Of a stretch of 64,000 nucleotides of DNA, positions 28,677-37,487 are shown one piece after another. Source of the DNA: a virus (lineage: Duplodnaviria; Caudoviricetes); the IMG/VR virus record IMGVR_UViG_3300034106_004043; one strand, 5' to 3'. How positions within the stretch are numbered: the stretch's first letter is position 1; each line of letters starts with the position of its first letter. Below the pieces are notes generated by a model. The model did not search any database. It saw only the letters and a list, made by a program, of their open reading frames with translations, and was not told where the DNA came from. The position numbers were made by a program, and so were the translations under genes.

Positions 28677-28705
28677 TTTTTTACTTACTAATAATTATCT
28701 TTTTT

Positions 28706-29914
28706 TTAGGTTTTATACACCCCTTTGAAATAATAATTATTTTTATCAGGAAGTTTTGGAGGTAACAATCCATCGTTAGACAAGTATAATACTCTATAAA
28801 TCCCCGCAGGTATTGCTCCACCTGGAGTTATTGTAATATCCCCAACCGAAATTTTAGGGTCAGGAGTTGCTAAAATATCAAAGTCACAAGGTTGTGATTG
28901 ATAACCAACATTTACTGTCATGTTATTTAAACTTTCATCAACACCCGCAAGTGGTATCCAAATCGTATACATGTACTGTAAACTAGTGTTAATAACACTA
29001 TTATCAACTTCAATTGTTTCAAAAGTATATTGGTTAATTAAACATCCAAATCTATCGTTAATTGTATTTGAAAATTGATTTATCGCACCTTTTAAATTTG
29101 TAGGTTTAACAAAGTTTCCTGTTCCACCTGTAAATCCTGAGTATGATGCGTATTTGTTCATCATATAACTGTAGTTTGGACTTGTTGGTAATGGAAGTGC
29201 TCCCGAATTACCCCATCCGTACCAATTAACACTAGTATCAGGTGTTATACCGTCCGATAAGTAATACATATAACTTCCTAATCCATATAACGAACCACTT
29301 CCCGAAGAATCTTGCGGTTCCGCAAATACGTAAGCGTAATATAGAGGTGTTGTAATTGATGGTGTTGGGGTAAATGTTGGTGTTGGTGTAGTTGTTGGCG
29401 TAGGTGTTGATGTTGCTGTCGGTGTTAAAGATAGAGTTGGTGTAACACTTGGAGTAATTGATGGTGTTGGAGTTGGTGTTGCCGGTAGAGCAGGTGCGTT
29501 ACAACAAGGTCTATCAATAATGTAAGGATTATTAGTCGGATAAGAGTAAGAGTTTAAACTAAAACTACTAAGAACACTTACATAAATTTTTTGAGGTAGT
29601 GGTATAATAACAATACCCTGAGATGATTGTTTTAAAAACTGAACTAAAAACTTACCTTCATTTTTTGTTTCTCTACTTGTGAATTGATAGTTCACATAAT
29701 AAGTAATATCTAAAGGATTAACAGTAGACGCACTTGTTGTAATATAACATTCTTTAGACGCTACAACATATTTCTTATTAAATTCGTCATATACCGAAAT
29801 TAAAATTGTATTACCCGAAATATTTTCATTTAAACCAAAATCACTTCTCCCGTCTTTTGATATCTCAACTTGGAAAACTGGTAACGTTGAATTTTTCTTA
29901 ATAAACCATTCCAT
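28706..29914 (-). CDS. virion protein: BppU-N-like domain, TP linker, fibre-partner domain
   Basis: ATG at 29914 (MEWFIKKNSTLPV) lies 1 nt after the upstream stop; N-terminus paralogous to 29916-30284, C-terminus paralogous to 39731-40735. Confidence 0.65.
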   Translation of the reverse strand: MEWFIKKNSTLPVFQVEISKDGRSDFGLNENISGNTILISVYDEFNKKYVVASKECYITTSASTVNPLDITYYVNYQFTSRETKNEGKFLVQFLKQSSQGIVIIPLPQKIYVSVLSSFSLNSYSYPTNNPYIIDRPCCNAPALPATPTPTPSITPSVTPTLSLTPTATSTPTPTTTPTPTFTPTPSITTPLYYAYVFAEPQDSSGSGSLYGLGSYMYYLSDGITPDTSVNWYGWGNSGALPLPTSPNYSYMMNKYASYSGFTGGTGNFVKPTNLKGAINQFSNTINDRFGCLINQYTFETIEVDNSVINTSLQYMYTIWIPLAGVDESLNNMTVNVGYQSQPCDFDILATPDPKISVGDITITPGGAIPAGIYRVLYLSNDGLLPPKLPDKNNYYFKGVYKT

Positions 29915-29915
29915 A

Positions 29916-30284
29916 TTAAATAGATACGTAACTATTACCAATTTTTATCGTTAGTTTTTCTCTGATTGGTAAAATATAAGTTCCTGTATCAGTGATAAAA
30001 ACAAACTCTCCTTCATAAAGTCCCTCTCTACTTGTATCGCTTGAAGTGAATTTATAATAAACATAGTATTCTGTCTCAGCATTTGGGTCAATAAATGTCT
30101 TTTCAACAAACCCTCCTTTCTTATTCAGAATTTTGTAACCCCCTGTTTTAACATCTATCATGGAAAAATAAATCAACGAGTTTTCTATCAGTGACATAAA
30201 CTCTGTTATGTCAGCAATACCATCTTTAACCACTTGCATTTTAAGAACAGGCAGTGTTGCACCTTTGTTAATAAAAAATTCCAT
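29916..30284 (-). CDS. BppU N-terminal-like (DUF2479-like) baseplate/fibre anchor domain protein
   Basis: MEFFINKGATLPVLKMQV...VYYKFTSSDTSREGLYEGEFVF...ILP pattern. Confidence 0.55.
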   Translation of the reverse strand: MEFFINKGATLPVLKMQVVKDGIADITEFMSLIENSLIYFSMIDVKTGGYKILNKKGGFVEKTFIDPNAETEYYVYYKFTSSDTSREGLYEGEFVFITDTGTYILPIREKLTIKIGNSYVSI

Positions 30285-30298
30285 TAATAGTTTTTTAA

Positions 30299-30305
30299 AT
30301 AAATA
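30299..30305 (-). promoter_or_regulatory. TATTTAT putative late promoter
   Basis: 14 nt upstream of ATG 30284, just after the glycosyltransferase operon. Confidence 0.45.
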
Positions 30306-30313
30306 TCAAAAAA

Positions 30314-31984
30314 TCAACATTCTTTCCTTAAATTACTATCATAATGTTCAAATCTATTATGTTCGGTAGGTGTGAGTAATAAAATACCTGGTTTTAATTT
30401 ACCTTTAATTGTGTTTTGGAAGTTGTGAGACATTAAAGTTTGTTCATACGGGTGTTGATATTTTGTCTCCAAATAACATTTATAACTCCCACTTTTTGAA
30501 AGAATTATCGGCCAATTACACAAATAGATTTCCCCTGACGCATAAGGTAAACCCTTATGTGTTTTTATCTCGTTGAATTTTGTTTTTGGAGCGTTCGGGT
30601 CTAATCCCTGTTGAGGTAGTTTTGGATTTTTTGGCCAATGTTGTTCTCTGAAATTTTGTGGTACATTATACCAACTCCATTGAGTACTATTATCACCATA
30701 AAACTCTGAAAAATTTAATTTTAAAAAATCAAAGTTTTCTTTATTAACTATCTCTAAACTTTTTTGATATAGATTACTTGCATACCTATTAAACCCATTT
30801 CTACACACTTCATTTTTTTGTGAATAAAAAAACATATCATCCTCAAAGAATAACATATAGTCCAACCCTGTTTCATCAAAATGTTCCGCAGTCCATTGTC
30901 TTCCACCTGTAATACCTATGTTATCTTTTTTAATATGTTCAAAATCATATTCTTTACAAAGTCTCAAGTATTCTTCTGTTGTTGATAGGTCAGTTGAGTT
31001 ATCCAATAAAAATTTCTTTGGTCTGTCTAAGAAATCCCTATCATATTCAATCATAGATTTAATTAATGTTTCAAATTGTTTTGGAGAATTGAATGTTATT
31101 ACATACAATGCAACTTTATCCATATCTAAGTCATTTTGAATTTTAACAAACTCTGTCTTTTTAACTAAAACATCATCTTTTAAATCCTCAAAGAATTTTC
31201 CAAATAAACCATTATATTCAATTTCAAAATAATTTATATATTCACTTAACTTATAAACCATTATTGAAAATATTGACTCCTCAGTTCCCATATACCCACT
31301 TGATAATGTATCATTCAATAGGTTATAGTATTCACCATTCATCTGTGATATGGTTTCTTTTGGTCCCCCAAAAAACCCACCTCGAGCAACTTTCTTCACA
31401 TCATCTTCAGCCCATTCATTAATCTTTGGATATGAAAATCCGTGTATCTCATTACTTGCGTCGTATGGAAAACAAACAAATGTAAACTTATCAATATACT
31501 TACTTAAATTATTTAAAACCTTATCGTGTGTGAAATATCCGGGATGAACAGTATTTGTAAGACCCGCATCAATCCAAAATAAAAACTCTGAATTAAATCT
31601 ATCAAAAATCCTTGCGTCGTTTAATAAAAACATTTTTGACATAACAAGTGGATTATACATTTCTAATCTACCTTGTGTTGATTCCTTTAACCAACCTGAT
31701 TGATTATACCATTCGGGATTGTTTCTGATTTGTTGTATTTTATTATAAAAGTCATTTTCAACAAACCAACTTTTATCTCTTAAAATAAATTGTGTATTAC
31801 TTTGGTCTCTTTTTTCCCAAACAAAATCTTCCAATTCTTTTTCACCAAAAATTATTAAGTTTTCTTCAACTTTTAATAGTTGTTCAAATTTTTCTAAATA
31901 ATGTGAAAAAGAACGAGACCAACCTTCTTCAAGATTTTCTCTACCAATATTCCACAATCCTGTAACTAATGTAATATTACTCAT
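30314..31984 (-). CDS. HtrL/YibB-like domain fused to a GT-A (GT2-like) glycosyltransferase domain
   Basis: ITLVTGLWNIGR, FWIDAG, GGFFGG and GTEESI are HtrL-type motifs; C-terminal LLDNSTD...FFEDD DXD-type motif. Confidence 0.65.
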   Translation of the reverse strand: MSNITLVTGLWNIGRENLEEGWSRSFSHYLEKFEQLLKVEENLIIFGEKELEDFVWEKRDQSNTQFILRDKSWFVENDFYNKIQQIRNNPEWYNQSGWLKESTQGRLEMYNPLVMSKMFLLNDARIFDRFNSEFLFWIDAGLTNTVHPGYFTHDKVLNNLSKYIDKFTFVCFPYDASNEIHGFSYPKINEWAEDDVKKVARGGFFGGPKETISQMNGEYYNLLNDTLSSGYMGTEESIFSIMVYKLSEYINYFEIEYNGLFGKFFEDLKDDVLVKKTEFVKIQNDLDMDKVALYVITFNSPKQFETLIKSMIEYDRDFLDRPKKFLLDNSTDLSTTEEYLRLCKEYDFEHIKKDNIGITGGRQWTAEHFDETGLDYMLFFEDDMFFYSQKNEVCRNGFNRYASNLYQKSLEIVNKENFDFLKLNFSEFYGDNSTQWSWYNVPQNFREQHWPKNPKLPQQGLDPNAPKTKFNEIKTHKGLPYASGEIYLCNWPIILSKSGSYKCYLETKYQHPYEQTLMSHNFQNTIKGKLKPGILLLTPTEHNRFEHYDSNLRKEC

Positions 31985-32852
31985 ATTTAATATCCTCTAA
32001 CGCCTTGTAAAAACTTTTATTTATTGTAAAATAATCCTCAGGTAGACCTGGAGGCCCATTTGTTTCATGCCACCATGTTTCAAAATAGAACATTTTAAAC
32101 ATATCAATATAATTTTGATACATTAATGATAAAATCTGTTCTTCAAACCATAGCCCTTTGGTGTCCTCAACTATTTCTTTAAGGTTCTGTTCAAACACCT
32201 CAACTAATTTTATAAAATTATTTTTTTCACCCCCAAAAATACCCCCAATAATATGTAATGAATTATCATATATTTTATAAAACTTCGGTGGGACAGTACC
32301 ACTCCAATAATTCCTAACATTATCTTTTCCAATAATTAATATTTTATCATCACTTTTATTTATTAATTTATTTAAAAAATCATTATCAAAAAAATGACTG
32401 TTGTAGTACCCTTGGTATTCGTCATTATGTTCCAAATATTTGTCGGGTAGTAATCCACAATGTGATAATCCAGCATCTATCCAATAATAATAATCATATG
32501 ACATATCCTCATTTAAGAACCAAAAAAACTTGTTATACTGTATTTCAAAACATCTATCACCAGTTTTAACTGACTCAACATTTTTAAAATTTTTAATTAA
32601 ATTAAAATGATTACTATCCTCTAAATTAAATCCAACAATCTGTAATTGATTTTCAGAAATATTATTTTCAGAATAAAAAAAATGTTTTAGTTGTTCAATT
32701 TCTTCATTACTTGTATAACAAACAAAATTAGCGTTTGTCATTCTTAACAATGATATTAGACTCCAACGATAGTGATTATCTCTATTTTGTCTTCCACCAT
32801 AATCAGTTCCATTTAAATTAGAGTATATTGCGGTTATAAATTTAACTTTCAT
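31977..32852 (-). CDS. HtrL/YibB-like putative glycosyltransferase
   Basis: FITAIY, YYWIDAG, GGIFGG, EEQIL; paralogous to the N-terminal half of 30314-31984. Confidence 0.6.
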   Translation of the reverse strand: MKVKFITAIYSNLNGTDYGGRQNRDNHYRWSLISLLRMTNANFVCYTSNEEIEQLKHFFYSENNISENQLQIVGFNLEDSNHFNLIKNFKNVESVKTGDRCFEIQYNKFFWFLNEDMSYDYYYWIDAGLSHCGLLPDKYLEHNDEYQGYYNSHFFDNDFLNKLINKSDDKILIIGKDNVRNYWSGTVPPKFYKIYDNSLHIIGGIFGGEKNNFIKLVEVFEQNLKEIVEDTKGLWFEEQILSLMYQNYIDMFKMFYFETWWHETNGPPGLPEDYFTINKSFYKALEDIKYE

Positions 32853-33561
32853 ATTTTAATATTTGATTGTTATTATAATCCATATATTCTGATGGTATTT
32901 TTACAGGTGAGTATCCATTCCAATTATATGTTTGAGTATAAAAATTGTTATAAACATCGTGTGACACATCTGAATAAGAACTTCGTTGAGGAGCGATTGG
33001 TAAATTTGGACAATAACTTTGGAAATTAGGGTATATTACTTTAGCAAGGAACCCATCTATCGGATAAAAATAATTTCCGTCATGGAACTTTTCCTCCGAA
33101 ATTTTAAACATCTCATCATATATTTTTTCATCGTATATTAGAATGTTTGTCGCAAAAGTTTCGGTTAAATAATCATGTTTTTTTTCAGGTAACTTTGTTA
33201 AGTCCAATAATAAATCACAATCATCACTAATGTTAACATGTCTATTTAATGTTGGTGATAGATTTAATACATAATAATTTAAATCGTTCATTTTTAATTC
33301 AATCTCTTCCAATAGTTTTTTTGAATACGGCATAAAGACACAATCATCTTCAATAACCATAACTTTATGGTAACCTCTTTCTTTAGCAATTTTGATGATT
33401 TCTAAATGAGATAAAGTACATCCCATATATCCATTCATATCAATAGCTTTAAAAATTTCAAAGTCCCAAGACATGTATTTCATTTCTTGGGTTATTTCAT
33501 TTAGTCTCTCAGGTCGTTTTTCTAAATTGATTACAAATTTTGGTATGTCTATAAATCTCAT
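32842..33561 (-). CDS. glycosyltransferase family 25 (Lex2B/Lic2A/COLGALT-type)
   Basis: FVINLEKRPERL, AID, GCTLSH and VIEDD are GT25 signatures. Confidence 0.85.
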   Translation of the reverse strand: MRFIDIPKFVINLEKRPERLNEITQEMKYMSWDFEIFKAIDMNGYMGCTLSHLEIIKIAKERGYHKVMVIEDDCVFMPYSKKLLEEIELKMNDLNYYVLNLSPTLNRHVNISDDCDLLLDLTKLPEKKHDYLTETFATNILIYDEKIYDEMFKISEEKFHDGNYFYPIDGFLAKVIYPNFQSYCPNLPIAPQRSSYSDVSHDVYNNFYTQTYNWNGYSPVKIPSEYMDYNNNQILKYES

Positions 33562-34802
33562 AAGTTTCCTGTTATTCTATCACACCACCCTTTAGATTCC
33601 GAGTGAGGCCAAACCACCCAATATTTAGGTTTTGAATCAGTTAAGAACTCTCTCCAAACTTTACAATAACCATCAGGGTCTCTTAACATTCTATCAACTT
33701 CACCTTTATCAGCATCTTGTCTGTAAATGGTTTCATCTAATTCATTATGGAAAGCAACTACCCAAAAGTCATAATCCTTTTCAGGTACTTGAGTAAACCC
33801 AATATCAATACAATGTTTGAATACCGATGTGAATGATTTTAACCATTCCTCTTCTGAATTGAAGTTGTTTGGATTTGGTGGATAACCTTTATCTAATGTA
33901 TATTGTTGAACAGCTCTCTTTGAAAATAGAAGTCCTGAATATTTTTCATAGTCTCTTAAAGTTCTAACTTTACCAAAACCATACTTTCCGTGTTTCATAT
34001 CTTCCTCACCATCCATACCAAATAGAGAACGATTTTTCTTATGAGCGAAATTATTCTTATCCACCCATTCTTTATCGTCATCCCATTGTTTGGTTCTACC
34101 CTTACGAGTATATTCATGCCAAATCAAAACTTTATGTGGGTGGAATAAATCATATCCATGAGTGTAAGCTCTTGCGGCAATTGAAATCTCTTCACCATGA
34201 AAATAAAACTCAGGGTCATGTTGAACTTCTTTAGCAAACTTACCAAGAGTAAAACAGAAGTGAGCAGAGTAAAATCTTGCGGTAACAGGTTCAGTTAAAT
34301 TTTGCCAACCCGGTATTGTCTCAGGTAAAAAGAAAACCGCACCTTCAGGAATAAATCTATCAAACGCCATTCTCCACGGTTCGTTAACACGTAAGTTTGG
34401 GTCATTGTCAGGGTCAAACGATGAAACATAACCTGTCAATAAAGGTTTCTTATATCCTTTTTTTTGAAGTTGTTTAATCATCTTAATCATCTCATCATCC
34501 CAATTTTGACCGAACCTCATGTGTGAGTCAATTTGGAGGGTGTAATTTTCTTTATCATACACTTGTTGTATTTGATTTCTTGCCCAACATGCTCCTCTAG
34601 ATTCATAATAAGGAATATCAATTATTCTAAATCTTTCATCATCTCTATATTCATCTAAATTATCAAAATTATCATCGCGATGATACTGACGAGCGATACC
34701 GAAAACTAAGTTTTCAGGTCGTTTAGCATTTTCTAATGCTGACTTTATAGTCGGGATTAACTGTGGGTCTCTATAAGACGCAACTTGTATAAAAATTTTC
34801 AT
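33558..34802 (-). CDS. GT60 family polypeptide N-acetylglucosaminyltransferase (Gnt1/OGNT-like)
   Basis: IFIQVASYRD, GACWAR, LQIDSHMRF..WD, FHGEEISIAARAYTHGYDLFHP and IWHEY closely match the recalled Dictyostelium Skp1 GlcNAc-transferase Gnt1 motifs. Confidence 0.85.
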   Translation of the reverse strand: MKIFIQVASYRDPQLIPTIKSALENAKRPENLVFGIARQYHRDDNFDNLDEYRDDERFRIIDIPYYESRGACWARNQIQQVYDKENYTLQIDSHMRFGQNWDDEMIKMIKQLQKKGYKKPLLTGYVSSFDPDNDPNLRVNEPWRMAFDRFIPEGAVFFLPETIPGWQNLTEPVTARFYSAHFCFTLGKFAKEVQHDPEFYFHGEEISIAARAYTHGYDLFHPHKVLIWHEYTRKGRTKQWDDDKEWVDKNNFAHKKNRSLFGMDGEEDMKHGKYGFGKVRTLRDYEKYSGLLFSKRAVQQYTLDKGYPPNPNNFNSEEEWLKSFTSVFKHCIDIGFTQVPEKDYDFWVVAFHNELDETIYRQDADKGEVDRMLRDPDGYCKVWREFLTDSKPKYWVVWPHSESKGWCDRITGNL

Positions 34803-34871
34803 GTAAAGTTTTACACAAAAAGTATTAATTTTAAATAAAAATTAAAGAAATAAATGAATAAGTTTTAGTTT

Positions 34872-35735
34872 TTAAAATCCGCTTGTTACCAAATTATAAA
34901 AAATTAAACCTGTTACGGTGGTTGTTTTTGCAATTGTTGGAGTTGAGTAACTAAAAGTCATCACGTCACCGCCACTTAGTTCTCCAAATTGTATTCGTAA
35001 CGGATAATATGTACCAGCAGTTAATGCTATAGAACCTGAACGTTCTTGTGTTCCATGTAATCCACCGTTATTAACTGTCGAGTTTGTTGTTGTAAATCCT
35101 GAAATACTATTACTACCAACCCAAACATAGGAAGCATCATCAGATGAAGTAAAGAATGTGTAAGTTTCTGTAGTAGTTGGTTTGAAATAACCTAACCATT
35201 GACAACTGAAATTCTCACCGTCACTGGTTGGTGGTTCTGTTATCTCGGTGGTCTGTACTGAAGTCGCAGGATTTCCACCTACTGATGCGGGAGTTGCGGT
35301 TGCAAAGAAATTAACATTATCATTAAAGTACCCACTATAAGTTGTTTTAAATACTCCAGCAGTATAACTTAAATCCCAAGATGTCCAATATCCCGCCGAG
35401 TTTAACCATGTCTTAGCCGCTGAAGCACTTGCAAATGTTTGTGGTGTTCCGGTAAAACTTGATACATACTGAGACAAACTAATAAAGTTATTATCTGTCT
35501 TACTTGGTGTTCTCCAAAAACCAATATTAGCAGGTACTCCAAGTTTATTTGGTTGTGTTCCTGATGGTACGGTATGAGCAATCACATAACCTAAATCTTC
35601 ATCAGGACCACTCCACCATCTTAGTCCTGTAGATGTAAATCCACTTGTTGGGTATCCAATAGCAATACTTCCAACTTGTTCTGTTCCAGTAATTGTTGAA
35701 CCTGTATTATATGCAAAAGGTCTTGATGTTGCCAT
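34872..35735 (-). CDS. virion lectin with C-terminal PA14/GLEYA domain
   Basis: FSCQWLGYFKP...YTFFTSSDDASYVWV...NNGGLHG...GTYYPLRIQFGE; DD calcium/sugar-binding motif. Confidence 0.8.
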   Translation of the reverse strand: MATSRPFAYNTGSTITGTEQVGSIAIGYPTSGFTSTGLRWWSGPDEDLGYVIAHTVPSGTQPNKLGVPANIGFWRTPSKTDNNFISLSQYVSSFTGTPQTFASASAAKTWLNSAGYWTSWDLSYTAGVFKTTYSGYFNDNVNFFATATPASVGGNPATSVQTTEITEPPTSDGENFSCQWLGYFKPTTTETYTFFTSSDDASYVWVGSNSISGFTTTNSTVNNGGLHGTQERSGSIALTAGTYYPLRIQFGELSGGDVMTFSYSTPTIAKTTTVTGLIFYNLVTSGF

Positions 35736-35736
35736 T

Positions 35737-35877
35737 TTATATTTCTATTATAGTATAGATTGTTGCGTCACCATTTATTAAAATCCATTCAAAACACTGC
35801 TCTTCAGTGAAGTCAATAGTTTCTTCCACCAATTCAGATGGTGTTACTCTCAAATCATATACACAATATTTTTTCAT
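35737..35877 (-). CDS. small acidic hypothetical protein, 46 aa (below the ORF-track cutoff)
   Basis: MKKYCVYDLRVTPSELVEETIDFTEEQCFEWILINGDATIYTIIEI*; fills the gap with 5-nt and 1-nt spacing. Confidence 0.6.
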   Translation of the reverse strand: MKKYCVYDLRVTPSELVEETIDFTEEQCFEWILINGDATIYTIIEI

Positions 35878-35882
35878 AATAA

Positions 35883-37487
35883 TTAACTAAATGTCACAGT
35901 TATTGTTTGTGTAGGTTGTCCACATGAACTACCGTTTAATCCACCCCAATTTGAATTTTTAATCATAGGTCTCACTGTGTATGTTCCTGGACATTGACAC
36001 AACCCTCCCGATGTTAAATAAATTGAATTAGCATCAACAGTTCCTGAAACACAACCGTGTGCAACTCTCCAAGTATTAGCTCCAATTGTTACTGTAAAGT
36101 TTGTACCTGTAGTAGCTGTTCTCAAAGCATTTGCAATATCTTGAACTTTAACATCTGTCACTATTACTGAAGTTCCGAGGTTATTTGATATTGACATATT
36201 AGTATAAGTACCCGTTAATTGACTCCTGAAAGTTGTCCAAGCGTTTTCTATTGTGGTTCCTGGTGCGGCATTATTTGTAAATGTTTCAGAGAATGTAACA
36301 CCTGTAGCAGGTATTGGACTAACACTTGGTGTTGGGGTATTAGTAGGAGTTATTGTCGGTGTGATTGTATTAGTCGGTGTTTGTGTTGGTGTTAATGTAT
36401 TAGTAGGTGTAATTGTTGGAGTTATTGAAGGTGTTGGGGTGTTGGTTTGAGTATTAGTTGGAGTAATACTTGGTGTTACAGTTGGTGTAACTGTTGTTGT
36501 CGGAGTAGGTGATGGTGAAATAAATCTTGACGAAAATGAATTGTAATTTTTTAATACTTCAGTAGAACTTAATACTCTATTGTAAGTCATAGCAACTGAA
36601 ACTCTACCATTTAATAAATTATTACCAGCGCCAAACGCTCCTATCCTTGTTGAACCATTACCCCCAATAGGTGTCTTTTGAGCTGTGTATGTATTATCCT
36701 GAACACCATTAACATATAATACAAATCCATTTGTGGTATCAAAAGTTACACACGCATTATACCACACCCCATTACTAAAGTTAGTGACCGATGGGAAAAC
36801 TGTATAAACACCCCAATTTGAGTGGCCACAATATAATTTATTGGTGCTAGCAAAGAACATAAAGTGTCCACCAGTATCACTACTTAATAAATTATTATCT
36901 GAAGTACTATTTAAATAAAACCAAATATTCTTTGTATACGATGATAGTCCAAGAGGTGTTCCTCCAACGTTGACGTATTGAGTGTTACCATTAAATGTAA
37001 GGTATCCGTTGTTACTTGAATTGAATGTTGGAGTATTAATTAGTGTTCCGTTGTTACCACTAAAACTTAAATCATCCCATCGTGAACCACTTCTTGGGTA
37101 TGATGAAACATAACCAGCATCAAGCAATAATGTTAATCCGTCAGTAACAATATCAGGATAATCAAGGTTAACACAAATAAGTCCTGTTTGTCCTGTGTAC
37201 CATCCTAAGGCTTCGTTAGCCGTACTAAATGTTTGTCCCGCAAATCCTTGTGTAAAACCAATAAGTTCTGAGTCGTTTTGAGCAACCACTATGGATGGTC
37301 CAGCAACTGCCTTGTTTCCATACATGGTATAACCACCTGATGGTGGTATAATAGAATTCCAAAATCCTGTAACACTTGTTGGCCCGTATTCCGCACCTTC
37401 ATTAATACCCAAAACCCAATCCTTAACTTTAATCGTATTAGGATGAAAGGACGTTGAGTATTTTATTTTATTTGGTGGTATTGGCAT
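35883..37487 (-). CDS. virion protein with LamG/concanavalin-A domain, TP linker and C-terminal domain
   Basis: IVTDGLTLLLDAG...WDDLS..NNGTL...FNG..YV...WYNACVT...LYVNG LamG pattern; ATG 37487 overlaps the upstream TAA. Confidence 0.8.
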   Translation of the reverse strand: MPIPPNKIKYSTSFHPNTIKVKDWVLGINEGAEYGPTSVTGFWNSIIPPSGGYTMYGNKAVAGPSIVVAQNDSELIGFTQGFAGQTFSTANEALGWYTGQTGLICVNLDYPDIVTDGLTLLLDAGYVSSYPRSGSRWDDLSFSGNNGTLINTPTFNSSNNGYLTFNGNTQYVNVGGTPLGLSSYTKNIWFYLNSTSDNNLLSSDTGGHFMFFASTNKLYCGHSNWGVYTVFPSVTNFSNGVWYNACVTFDTTNGFVLYVNGVQDNTYTAQKTPIGGNGSTRIGAFGAGNNLLNGRVSVAMTYNRVLSSTEVLKNYNSFSSRFISPSPTPTTTVTPTVTPSITPTNTQTNTPTPSITPTITPTNTLTPTQTPTNTITPTITPTNTPTPSVSPIPATGVTFSETFTNNAAPGTTIENAWTTFRSQLTGTYTNMSISNNLGTSVIVTDVKVQDIANALRTATTGTNFTVTIGANTWRVAHGCVSGTVDANSIYLTSGGLCQCPGTYTVRPMIKNSNWGGLNGSSCGQPTQTITVTFS

